From a virus (Duplodnaviria; Caudoviricetes), in the IMG/VR virus record IMGVR_UViG_3300032212_000094, positions 1-35,109 of that record: DNA of 35,109 nucleotides. One strand, given 5' to 3'. This document shows positions 26,253 to 33,846 of the stretch, piece by piece. The notes under the pieces are model-generated. The model saw nothing but the letters and a program-made list of their open reading frames with translations, searched no databases and was not told the origin of the DNA. A program made the position numbers and the translations under genes. Position 1 is the first letter of the stretch, and the number at the start of each line of letters is the position of its first letter.

Positions 26253-26558
26253 ATGGGCATTAAAAATAAATACAGCCTTACTAAAGGTGAAGTCATGATG
26301 TACTTGGATTTAGCAAAGTTGAATCGTAAAGCCGCAGCAGAAATGGCTGGAATTGGTCAGCGTACGTTTCTTCGGCTTATGCGAGCGTATGGTGTTAAAG
26401 CACCTAAATCCCACGCGAAGCTAAGCCGTAAGCGTGTAGTCATGATTCGTTCACTGTTAAAAAAACATCCTCGCCGTTTAATTGCCCAAGCGTTAGAGCT
26501 GCATGTCAATACAATAGATCAGGTGGCGAACTACGAAACCTGGTATCAAATTGCATAA
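26253..26558 (+). CDS. Double-HTH DNA-binding protein, candidate late-gene activator
   Basis: Fis-like NRKAAAEMAGIGQRTFLRLM and second HTH RRLIAQALELHVNTIDQV; very basic. Confidence 0.62.
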   Translation: MGIKNKYSLTKGEVMMYLDLAKLNRKAAAEMAGIGQRTFLRLMRAYGVKAPKSHAKLSRKRVVMIRSLLKKHPRRLIAQALELHVNTIDQVANYETWYQIA

Positions 26559-26709
26559 TGTTGACAGAATTCCACTCAACAATGACATATTTATAATTTA
26601 TTTTCCTAATATGCTGATGAAACGGCCAAAAACGGAGACCTGAGCACGTTATCAGTATTATAGACCCGCAATTACGCGAGTTATGGATGTTTAACGGAGA
26701 TATGACAAG

Positions 26710-26892
26710 TTGATTAAGTTTACTGAAAACGAAGAAAATACGCTGGTTGAGTTGATGGCTGATAAAGCTCACGTATATTTACATCAAGAGCATATTGGTA
26801 TTTTTAGTTTGTTTATCGAGTGCGAAGGCCAGAAAAAAGAAATAAAACTGATATCAAACACCGCCATCACGGCGCTGGATATGGATAATTAA
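26710..26892 (+). CDS. Hypothetical protein
   Basis: 60 aa, TTG start with upstream GGAG, abuts the next gene. Confidence 0.5.
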   Translation: MIKFTENEENTLVELMADKAHVYLHQEHIGIFSLFIECEGQKKEIKLISNTAITALDMDN

Positions 26893-26893
26893 A

Positions 26894-27310
26894 ATGAATG
26901 TATATAAACAAGAACGAGAATCAGATTGCATGTTGGCTTGTATTGCCTGTGTTGTTCAACAAAGCATAGGCGAGTTATTCACACCACCATTTAGGGATAT
27001 GATTGAGCTAGAAAAAGGAACTCATGGTGATGATATAACTAAAGCATTTGATATGGCGGGGCTTCGTAAAGGTACGGATTATTTTAAGGTTCATGTAGGC
27101 AGCAGTACACAATTCCCGCAATTGGTGAATAACTTGCTAGTAGGTAGACGGGCAATATTGCAGGTGAAATCATTAAACTACCAAGATGCATATCACATGG
27201 TTTATTGGAACGGTGAAACTTTATATGACCCAAGCAACAAACAAGTTTATCAATGGATTGATCAATGTTTGCCAGTGTGGGTTTGGCTGTTTGATGAAAT
27301 GAAGTCCTGA
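26894..27310 (+). CDS. C39-like papain-fold cysteine peptidase
   Basis: Q....DC..AC, H.V.W and YDPS motifs give a Cys-His-Asp triad. Confidence 0.68.
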   Translation: MNVYKQERESDCMLACIACVVQQSIGELFTPPFRDMIELEKGTHGDDITKAFDMAGLRKGTDYFKVHVGSSTQFPQLVNNLLVGRRAILQVKSLNYQDAYHMVYWNGETLYDPSNKQVYQWIDQCLPVWVWLFDEMKS

Positions 27311-27318
27311 CCATAAAA

Positions 27319-27445
27319 CAACACACATAATACTAACCTGCAGCTGCATCATTATGGTTGCATGAAGTTATTCAATATCCGTCAATGTCTTTTTTTAGAC
27401 AGCACACATAATAGTGCCACACAACCACTTTATGATGGTTGCATG
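27319..27445 (+). promoter_or_regulatory. Tandem putative late promoters upstream of the portal gene
   Basis: Two 46-bp units 81 bp apart: CA(A/G)CACACATAATA-17 bp-(CATTAT/TATGAT)-GGTTGC-ATG. Confidence 0.68.
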
Positions 27446-28993
27446 CAATCACCGATTACTTTAAATTTTCGGAATCCATTTAAAAGTGGCCAGCCAAAGC
27501 AGGGTGGCAACTTCCTTTCGCGCATGCTCGCGCCGTTACGCTTAAAGCGTTCTTATCAGGCTGCGAAACAAGGTCGCCTCACAGCCGACTGGTTAAGCTC
27601 AGGCTCTGATCTTAATAACGAACTCAAGTCTCAACTATCCATCATTCGCACACGCGCCCGCGAACAGGAACAAAACAGCAATATTGCTCGTAGTTACTTT
27701 CGCTTATGTGAAACACACATCGTTGGGCCAGATGGCTTCACGCTGAGTGTGCAGGCAAAAGATAGCAAAGGCGTTTTGCTAATTGATAACAATGCCATCG
27801 TAGAAGCTGATTTTAAAAAATGGGCGAAACGCGGCGTTTGTGAGCTAACTGGAAAATCGTCATTGCGTGAATGTGAACGCGTCAGCGTTCGCACCACTGC
27901 TCGTGATGGCGAATGCTTAATTCGCATGCATGACGTAAGTCCTACCATGAAAAATCCGTGGGGCTTTGTTATTGAGCTATTAGATCCTGCACGTCTTGAT
28001 CACTTATTGAATCAAGATCTGTCAAACGGCAATCGTATTCGCTTAGGTATTGAGTTGAACAAAGCAAGCACGCCGGTCGCGTACTGGCTGCGAAAAGGTG
28101 AACGCAGCGGCTTGGCATTTAGCCAAGATTCAGGCTCACATGAACGTGTTCTCGCAAATGACATGGTTCACTTCTTTGATTTGGATCGTCCTGAACAGCT
28201 TCGCGGCGCATCGTGGATAGCAAGCGCCATGCTCACGATTCACATGATTGATGCTTATAAAGATTCAGCAGTAACGGCAGCACGTGCTGGCGCTGCCAAG
28301 ATGGGCTTTATTGTTGGCAACGATAACAAGCACGCCACAGCTGAAAGCATGGATGAGGATGGCCAGCTATACGAACACTTTGAAGCAGGCATGATTGGCC
28401 AACTTAATGATGGCGCAAGCTTTGAGTCTTTCGACCCAAAATACCCGCATGAGCTTTATGGTGAATTCTTAAAAGAAAACAATCGCAGTATTGCATCAGG
28501 CCTTGGTGTTTCTTATCACGCATTAACTGGCGACATCACCGACGTTAACTTTTCATCAATACGCTCTGGCACATTAGAAGAACGCGAACAATGGAAGGTT
28601 AAGCAAGATTCATTTTCTTGCGCAGTCATGGAACGCATCTATTTGCGCTGGCTAGTTAATGCAGCGCTTGTTGGTCGCTTCTCTTTAGTGGGCGCAACAC
28701 ATAATCAATTTCTTGAGCTTTACAGCAATCACCGCTGGCAAGGTCGTCGCTGGAGCTGGGTCGATCCACTTAAAGACATCAAGGCGGTGGTTGAGGCAAT
28801 CAATTCAGGCCTCACCAGTCCTGAACGTGTCGCCGCTGAATACGGCGTTGACTTATATGAAGTGCTGGAAGAAATCTCGAAATTCCAAAAAACATTAAAA
28901 GAAAAAGACGTGAACTTACCTGTTTACGGAAAACCGACTGCAGGCGAAGAAACAAAGCCTGGCGAAGATGAGGACAAAAAAGATGCCGCTTAG
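27443..28993 (+). CDS. Portal protein, lambda family (alternative in-frame start at 27362)
   Basis: R.RAR....N, DGE, GIE....G/S.P.AYW, RP.Q.RG, LTGD...VNFSS.R.G..E and WVDP.KD motifs. Confidence 0.93.
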   Translation: MQSPITLNFRNPFKSGQPKQGGNFLSRMLAPLRLKRSYQAAKQGRLTADWLSSGSDLNNELKSQLSIIRTRAREQEQNSNIARSYFRLCETHIVGPDGFTLSVQAKDSKGVLLIDNNAIVEADFKKWAKRGVCELTGKSSLRECERVSVRTTARDGECLIRMHDVSPTMKNPWGFVIELLDPARLDHLLNQDLSNGNRIRLGIELNKASTPVAYWLRKGERSGLAFSQDSGSHERVLANDMVHFFDLDRPEQLRGASWIASAMLTIHMIDAYKDSAVTAARAGAAKMGFIVGNDNKHATAESMDEDGQLYEHFEAGMIGQLNDGASFESFDPKYPHELYGEFLKENNRSIASGLGVSYHALTGDITDVNFSSIRSGTLEEREQWKVKQDSFSCAVMERIYLRWLVNAALVGRFSLVGATHNQFLELYSNHRWQGRRWSWVDPLKDIKAVVEAINSGLTSPERVAAEYGVDLYEVLEEISKFQKTLKEKDVNLPVYGKPTAGEETKPGEDEDKKDAA

Positions 28994-30824
28994 AAAAGTT
29001 GAACAAAAGGGTTTGTTGTTTCGCAATTACCAGCTAGATAGCCGATCTATTGACGAAGAAGCACGCACGGTTGAACTGTCATTTTCATCTGAAACGGATG
29101 AGATTCAAGAGTGGCGTGGCATCGTTATTCTTGATCATGACCCAAAATCAATTCGGCTTAATCGTATTAACAAAGCTGGGCCATTGCTGTTCATGCACAA
29201 CATGAATCTGCATTTGGGTGTTGTGGAAGAAGCAACAATTGCGAAGAAAAAAGGCACAGCTGTCGTGCGATTTGGCAATGGAAAGCTTGCAGCAGAAAAG
29301 TTTGATGATGTGAAAGACGAAATACTGGTGAATGTCAGTGTCGGTTTTCGCATCCACAGAATGGTTCTTGAGGAAGAAGTCGAAGACGGCCCTAACGTCT
29401 ATCGTGCTATTGACTGGGAACCTTACGAAATCAGCCTGGTCACTGTGCCAGCTGATATAGATGTTGGTGTCGGTCGATCAGCCGGCGAAATTTATGATGT
29501 TGAAATCGAGGAAAGGATTATGGATCCAAAAGATAAAGTTGAAACCACGGCTGATGATAATACTGATGCCGGAAACAATAACCAAGTTACGCATCGCGCA
29601 GCCCAACCAGCACCAACGGTTGTGGTTAACACAAGCGAAGCAGAACTTGCTGCTCGTAGTGCAGAGCGTCAACGCACGTCAGAAATTCTTGCACTGGGCG
29701 ACGCTCATAATGCAATGGATATGGCTCGCGAATTTGTTAACAGCGACAAGTCTGTTGATCAAATGCGTCAAGCGCTTCTTGAGAAGCGTCAGCCACAAAA
29801 TGAAGCTGGCAGCGGTGAGCGTTCATCTTCATTGGATCTGAGTGATTCGGATTTTAAAAATTACAGCCTAATGCGTGCTTTGCATGCCGCATCCACAAGC
29901 AACTGGAAACGGGCAGGCTTTGAGCTTGAATGCTCGATTGCGATGGCGGAACAAGTAGGCCGTGAAGCGCGCGGTTTCTTTATGCCGGTTGATGTTTTGG
30001 CTCGCGCCATGACAGCAACAACAGCTGCTGACTTGGTTGGTACTGACCATCGTGGTGACTTGTTCGTTGAAGCGCTTCGCCCTAACGCGGTCGCAATGAT
30101 GGCTGGCGCAACTGTGCTTAGCGGATTGCAAGGTAACGTTGATATTCCACGTGAAATCGGCACAGCCACTGCGGCGTGGATTGGCGACGATGATGCAAGC
30201 GGTGATAACGATCCGGCAATGGGAACCATCGCAATGTCACCAAAGACATTAGCTGGCGGCGTGCCAATGAGCCGTCGTTTACTGCAGCAGTCTAGCCCTG
30301 GTGTTGAAATGGTCATTACTCGTTCATTGCTTCGCAGTATGGCGCTGGGTCTTGACCTTGGCGTATTGGCTGGCACTGGTGTTGGTAATCAGCCAGAAGG
30401 CATTTTGAATGCAACTGGTGTTAACACACAAACAGTCGCATCAGCGGGTGCGCCAACCTGGGCAGAAATTGTCGCCTTTAAAACCAAGGTTGCGGAAGAT
30501 AACGCGGCGCAAGGAAAGCTTGCTTTCGTTACTACTGCCGGCGTGTGCGGCAACATGGAAACAACGTCGAAAGATGCTGGTTCTGGCATCTTCATTAAAG
30601 ACGGTGATCGCGCTGCTGGCCGACCTGTTTACGAGTCTAACCAGCTCGCGGCTAACACCATCATCTACGGTAACTTTGAAGATGTGATTGTTGGCTTGTG
30701 GGATGTTCTGGATGTTATGCCAGACATGGCCACTAAGGCAGCAAGCGGCGGCATGGTTCTGCGTACCTTCCAGGATGCAGATGTTGCTCTTGGTCACGCT
30801 GAAAGCTTCTGTATCAACGCGTAA
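28983..30824 (+). CDS. Fused prohead protease - scaffold - HK97-fold major capsid protein
   Basis: N-terminal RTVELSFSSE, PLL..H, VSVG, WEPYEISLV..PAD..VGVGRS; C-terminal SPK......SR.LL.QS, G.G....P.GI.N and GNF capsid motifs. Confidence 0.92.
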   Translation: MPLRKVEQKGLLFRNYQLDSRSIDEEARTVELSFSSETDEIQEWRGIVILDHDPKSIRLNRINKAGPLLFMHNMNLHLGVVEEATIAKKKGTAVVRFGNGKLAAEKFDDVKDEILVNVSVGFRIHRMVLEEEVEDGPNVYRAIDWEPYEISLVTVPADIDVGVGRSAGEIYDVEIEERIMDPKDKVETTADDNTDAGNNNQVTHRAAQPAPTVVVNTSEAELAARSAERQRTSEILALGDAHNAMDMAREFVNSDKSVDQMRQALLEKRQPQNEAGSGERSSSLDLSDSDFKNYSLMRALHAASTSNWKRAGFELECSIAMAEQVGREARGFFMPVDVLARAMTATTAADLVGTDHRGDLFVEALRPNAVAMMAGATVLSGLQGNVDIPREIGTATAAWIGDDDASGDNDPAMGTIAMSPKTLAGGVPMSRRLLQQSSPGVEMVITRSLLRSMALGLDLGVLAGTGVGNQPEGILNATGVNTQTVASAGAPTWAEIVAFKTKVAEDNAAQGKLAFVTTAGVCGNMETTSKDAGSGIFIKDGDRAAGRPVYESNQLAANTIIYGNFEDVIVGLWDVLDVMPDMATKAASGGMVLRTFQDADVALGHAESFCINA

Positions 30825-30832
30825 TCCTGAAA

Positions 30833-30862
30833 CCGGCCTGGCGTTTGCTGGGCCGGATTTCT
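30833..30862 (+). terminator. Hairpin terminator/attenuator after the capsid gene
   Basis: CCGGCCTGGC-GTTT-GCTGGGCCGG followed by ATTTCT. Confidence 0.6.
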
Positions 30863-30878
30863 TGATGGAGAAATAATC

Positions 30879-31328
30879 ATGAAAAAGATCCACGGAATTG
30901 TTCTTACAAAAGACACAGCCATTGCTGGTGAGTTTTTTGAGAAAGATGACGAGCTGTTTGTTCCAGAAGATATCAGCCAAGAAAATGCTGAGCTCCTTCT
31001 GACAATGGGTACGCGCGCAACTGAAATTAAAGCAGACGGTGAAGAAGATAAAAAACCAGAAGCCGATGGCGCAAACGTTCCAGGCAATAAACCGGATGAA
31101 GTGCCAGCAGAATTATTGAGCCTGTTGGACATGAAAGCATCAGAAATAGAAAAGGCTGTTCGTGAACGCAAAGACGATAAGCCTGTTGTGTCAGATGAAG
31201 ATCTGGCTCGCCTTTATAAAGCAGAAGAAGATGGCAATACGCGCAAAAATGTAGTGCATATTCTTGAGGCTGAAATGAATGCGCGCGACCCTAAGAAGGA
31301 TGGCTTCTTTTCTAAAATATTTGGTTGA
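30879..31328 (+). CDS. Head-associated protein (gpFI-like position) with C-terminal amphipathic helix
   Basis: GGAG SD; AE..G..RK.V...LE motif; ends KKDGFFSKIFG. Confidence 0.65.
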   Translation: MKKIHGIVLTKDTAIAGEFFEKDDELFVPEDISQENAELLLTMGTRATEIKADGEEDKKPEADGANVPGNKPDEVPAELLSLLDMKASEIEKAVRERKDDKPVVSDEDLARLYKAEEDGNTRKNVVHILEAEMNARDPKKDGFFSKIFG

Positions 31329-31391
31329 TGGGTTTTAATTGCTAGAAGCTTATTAACTTTAATTTATAAACAATAACCAGGAGTGGCTCTA

Positions 31392-31898
31392 ATGAAAAAA
31401 ATATTTCTATCAGTATTACTCGCAATCTTTTGTTTTATTACCATTCCGGCCAGTGCTGCTTGTATTTCTTGTCATGGTGATGGTGGTAGCGAAGGTTTAA
31501 CAATTGAATCACCAATGGAGATTTCAACTATGAAAATGAAAAATATAATTCCAACGACAATTTTGGGTGCTGCTGCAGTAACAGCTACGGCCAATGGTGC
31601 CGGTGTTGATGTTAGTGATTTCGCTGGCCCAGTTAAGTTCACACTGGATAGCTCTGCTGGTGGCGGTGGTGACCATACGCTGGATGCAAAGCTTCAAGAA
31701 AGTGATGACAACGTGACCTTTACTGATGTTGTTGGTGGTGCATTCACGCAAGTTACGAATGCAGCTGCTGCTTTTGAAACGCTCACGATTAACGGTGACG
31801 GTTTAAAACAATATGTTCGCGGCGTTGACACGATAGCAGGCACATCGCCTACGTTCTCACGGTCGCTATCAATGATTGGTCAGAAGCTTTACAGCTAA
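31392..31898 (+). CDS. Capsid decoration/cement-like protein with in-frame N-terminal signal peptide + CxxCH extension (second start at 31530)
   Basis: AGGAG-8 nt-ATG 31392 gives MKKIFLSVLLAIFCFITIPASA-ACISCHGDGG; GGAG-9 nt-ATG 31530 starts a beta domain (G.D, LQESDD..TFTDV, K.YVR). Confidence 0.7.
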   Translation: MKKIFLSVLLAIFCFITIPASAACISCHGDGGSEGLTIESPMEISTMKMKNIIPTTILGAAAVTATANGAGVDVSDFAGPVKFTLDSSAGGGGDHTLDAKLQESDDNVTFTDVVGGAFTQVTNAAAAFETLTINGDGLKQYVRGVDTIAGTSPTFSRSLSMIGQKLYS

Positions 31899-31921
31899 CG
31901 AATACCAATAAGAGCTGAGTC

Positions 31922-32221
31922 ATGGACTTTGAACAAACCTTTTCTAGCATCGATGCCAAGCTAACAAACGTGGTTGGCAACGACCTGTTGTTAGATGGCT
32001 TGCCAGTAAAGGCTTTGTTCACTGTTCCTTGGCAAGAGCCGGATGTTGGCCAGTTACGAACAGATGTAATTGAACCAATTGTGGAAGGCCTCGAAAGCGA
32101 GCTTAGTGGCGCGATAGAGGGAACGAGCAAGATCACAAAGGACGGTGTTGTTTATACCGTCATTCGTAATCCGCCAGCAGTTAACGGTATTACCACGTTA
32201 GCACTGCGGCCAGATAGCTAA
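31922..32221 (+). CDS. Head-tail joining protein (gpFII-like)
   Basis: 99-aa beta-rich protein (DG..Y.V......G...L.L) in the expected position. Confidence 0.65.
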   Translation: MDFEQTFSSIDAKLTNVVGNDLLLDGLPVKALFTVPWQEPDVGQLRTDVIEPIVEGLESELSGAIEGTSKITKDGVVYTVIRNPPAVNGITTLALRPDS

Positions 32222-32231
32222 GGAGCAGTTC

Positions 32232-32519
32232 ATGAGTGGTGATGACTCAAGGATGTTATCTGATAAAGATGTGCAAGAACTGGCTGAAAAATTAATGGAC
32301 GTTGTTCACGAACAAAAACATGATTTCTGGATAGATCCAGAATCGCATTATAAAGACCATTCGCGTTGGCGCGGGTTTGATGATGATCAGATACGCACAA
32401 TGCATGATTTGGTTACCACTTATACAAATGCACGGAACTTATTTTGGAAGGCGTTCCTTGGTTTGGCAATCATTGGCAGCATTGTTGCGGCTGCAGTTGG
32501 GCTTGGCTTTAAGTCATGA
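32232..32519 (+). CDS. Small membrane protein, holin-like candidate
   Basis: AAGGAG SD; single C-terminal transmembrane helix. Confidence 0.5.
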   Translation: MSGDDSRMLSDKDVQELAEKLMDVVHEQKHDFWIDPESHYKDHSRWRGFDDDQIRTMHDLVTTYTNARNLFWKAFLGLAIIGSIVAAAVGLGFKS

Positions 32520-33091
32520 ATTTTGATATCGACACAGCTGGTGTTATCCGATTGGCAGATGCCTTTGGTGCAAACATCAAGCAAATGCGACGCGCTGAAA
32601 CGCGAGCATTAAATAAGTCGATTAAATGGGGCGTAGGAAAAATAGCCCGCGAGGTTGGTAAAGAAGTGAAGATACCGGCCAAATTAATTAAGCAGCGCGT
32701 TCGTGGGTTTAAAGCAACGCGACGCAAAGCGAGAGCAAGAATTTATGCAGGTTTGAATGCCATCAAAGCCAAGCGACTCGGCAAGGTTCGCCAGCTTAAA
32801 AAAGGCGTCCGTGCAGGTCGGCATACTTTTAAGGGCGCGTTTGTAACCGCGACCAGCAATGCACACACAGGAATATTTGAACGTACTGGCGAAAAGAAGC
32901 GAACCATGAAGTCGGGTAGTTACGCAGGAAAGAACGTTAAGCGTGAACCGATTCGCGAAGTAGAGCTGGATATAAACACACAGTCAGTAACGGCCATCAT
33001 TGATAAGTGGTTTGGCAGAATTCAGGAACGGTTTTTTGAAATATTTAAACGCGAATTGAAATATGAGGTATTTGTAAAAGCCAATGCTTAG
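32516..33091 (+). CDS. Tail completion protein (lambda gpZ-like)
   Basis: Very basic; RALN, G...F.GAF, G.F.R and R.PI motifs. Confidence 0.75.
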   Translation: MNFDIDTAGVIRLADAFGANIKQMRRAETRALNKSIKWGVGKIAREVGKEVKIPAKLIKQRVRGFKATRRKARARIYAGLNAIKAKRLGKVRQLKKGVRAGRHTFKGAFVTATSNAHTGIFERTGEKKRTMKSGSYAGKNVKREPIREVELDINTQSVTAIIDKWFGRIQERFFEIFKRELKYEVFVKANA

Positions 33092-33638
33092 CGCGATTCA
33101 CACAGCGATTGTTGACAGATTAACACCGGACTTACCAGGTGTTACTTGTGCGACATATCCGAAGCTGACGCGAAAAATAGATATCCCTGCAGCTTTAGTT
33201 GAGCTGGATGAAATTGAGCCAGAAAACTTTGGTGTGGATGAATTTGGTATTGCGGCGCGGTTCATTGTGTATTGCATCATCGATCATACGACGGTTGATG
33301 CAGAGCTGGTTGTGCGGAACCTGGCAATGAAAGTGGCCGCGCGTGTTTGGCAGGAAGAAGATTTTGGCGTTGATGCGGTTCGCTCAAAAGTAGAAATAAT
33401 TCGCATTGGCGATGATTCACTGAATCCCGACCTGGAAGGTTATCTGGTTTGGTCAGTTGAATTTGAAGTAGGCCTTGCCGTTGGTGAAACAGAGTGGAGC
33501 AATAATCCTGTCGCCGGCGTAGATGTAACAACTATCGAGATAGGCGATCTTGATGGCGTCGATATGACGCACACAATTGCAGACGGTGCGCCAGTCGCAT
33601 CAGACTCATTAGATTTAGATGAACAACCAAAGGGGTAA
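33084..33638 (+). CDS. Tail terminator (Mu gp37 / gpU-like)
   Basis: H.AI...L, PA.LVE and Y.VW.VEF motifs; position before the sheath. Confidence 0.65.
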   Translation: MLSAIHTAIVDRLTPDLPGVTCATYPKLTRKIDIPAALVELDEIEPENFGVDEFGIAARFIVYCIIDHTTVDAELVVRNLAMKVAARVWQEEDFGVDAVRSKVEIIRIGDDSLNPDLEGYLVWSVEFEVGLAVGETEWSNNPVAGVDVTTIEIGDLDGVDMTHTIADGAPVASDSLDLDEQPKG

Positions 33639-33642
33639 GCAA

Positions 33643-33843
33643 ATGAACAAAGGAACAATAATTGTAAAGCCGGCGGTTGCTGGTCAAAAAATTCATCTTG
33701 AAGGTAAGGCACGTGAGTTCTTGCCGGATGATGGCGGTGAAGTAAAGAACAGCCCTTATTGGCTGCGTCGCATTAATGACAAGAGCGTGGTTGTAATGAA
33801 GCGCCTGCCATCTGCGAATCAAGCTACGAACAAGGAGAAATAA
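33643..33843 (+). CDS. Mu gp38 / DUF2635-like small protein
   Basis: VKP, LP..G..V....YW.RR..D..V motif immediately before the sheath. Confidence 0.8.
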   Translation: MNKGTIIVKPAVAGQKIHLEGKAREFLPDDGGEVKNSPYWLRRINDKSVVVMKRLPSANQATNKEK

Positions 33844-33846
33844 GTC

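Noticed and set aside
26561-26597. Consensus sigma70 promoter TTGACA/TATAAT
   Set aside because: The hexamers are 25 bp apart, too far for a single promoter; not called as a feature
29861-30980. Long antisense ORFs (171 and 179 aa) and similar shadow ORFs elsewhere
   Set aside because: They lie opposite well-supported genes and have no motifs or SD; expected by-products of codon bias
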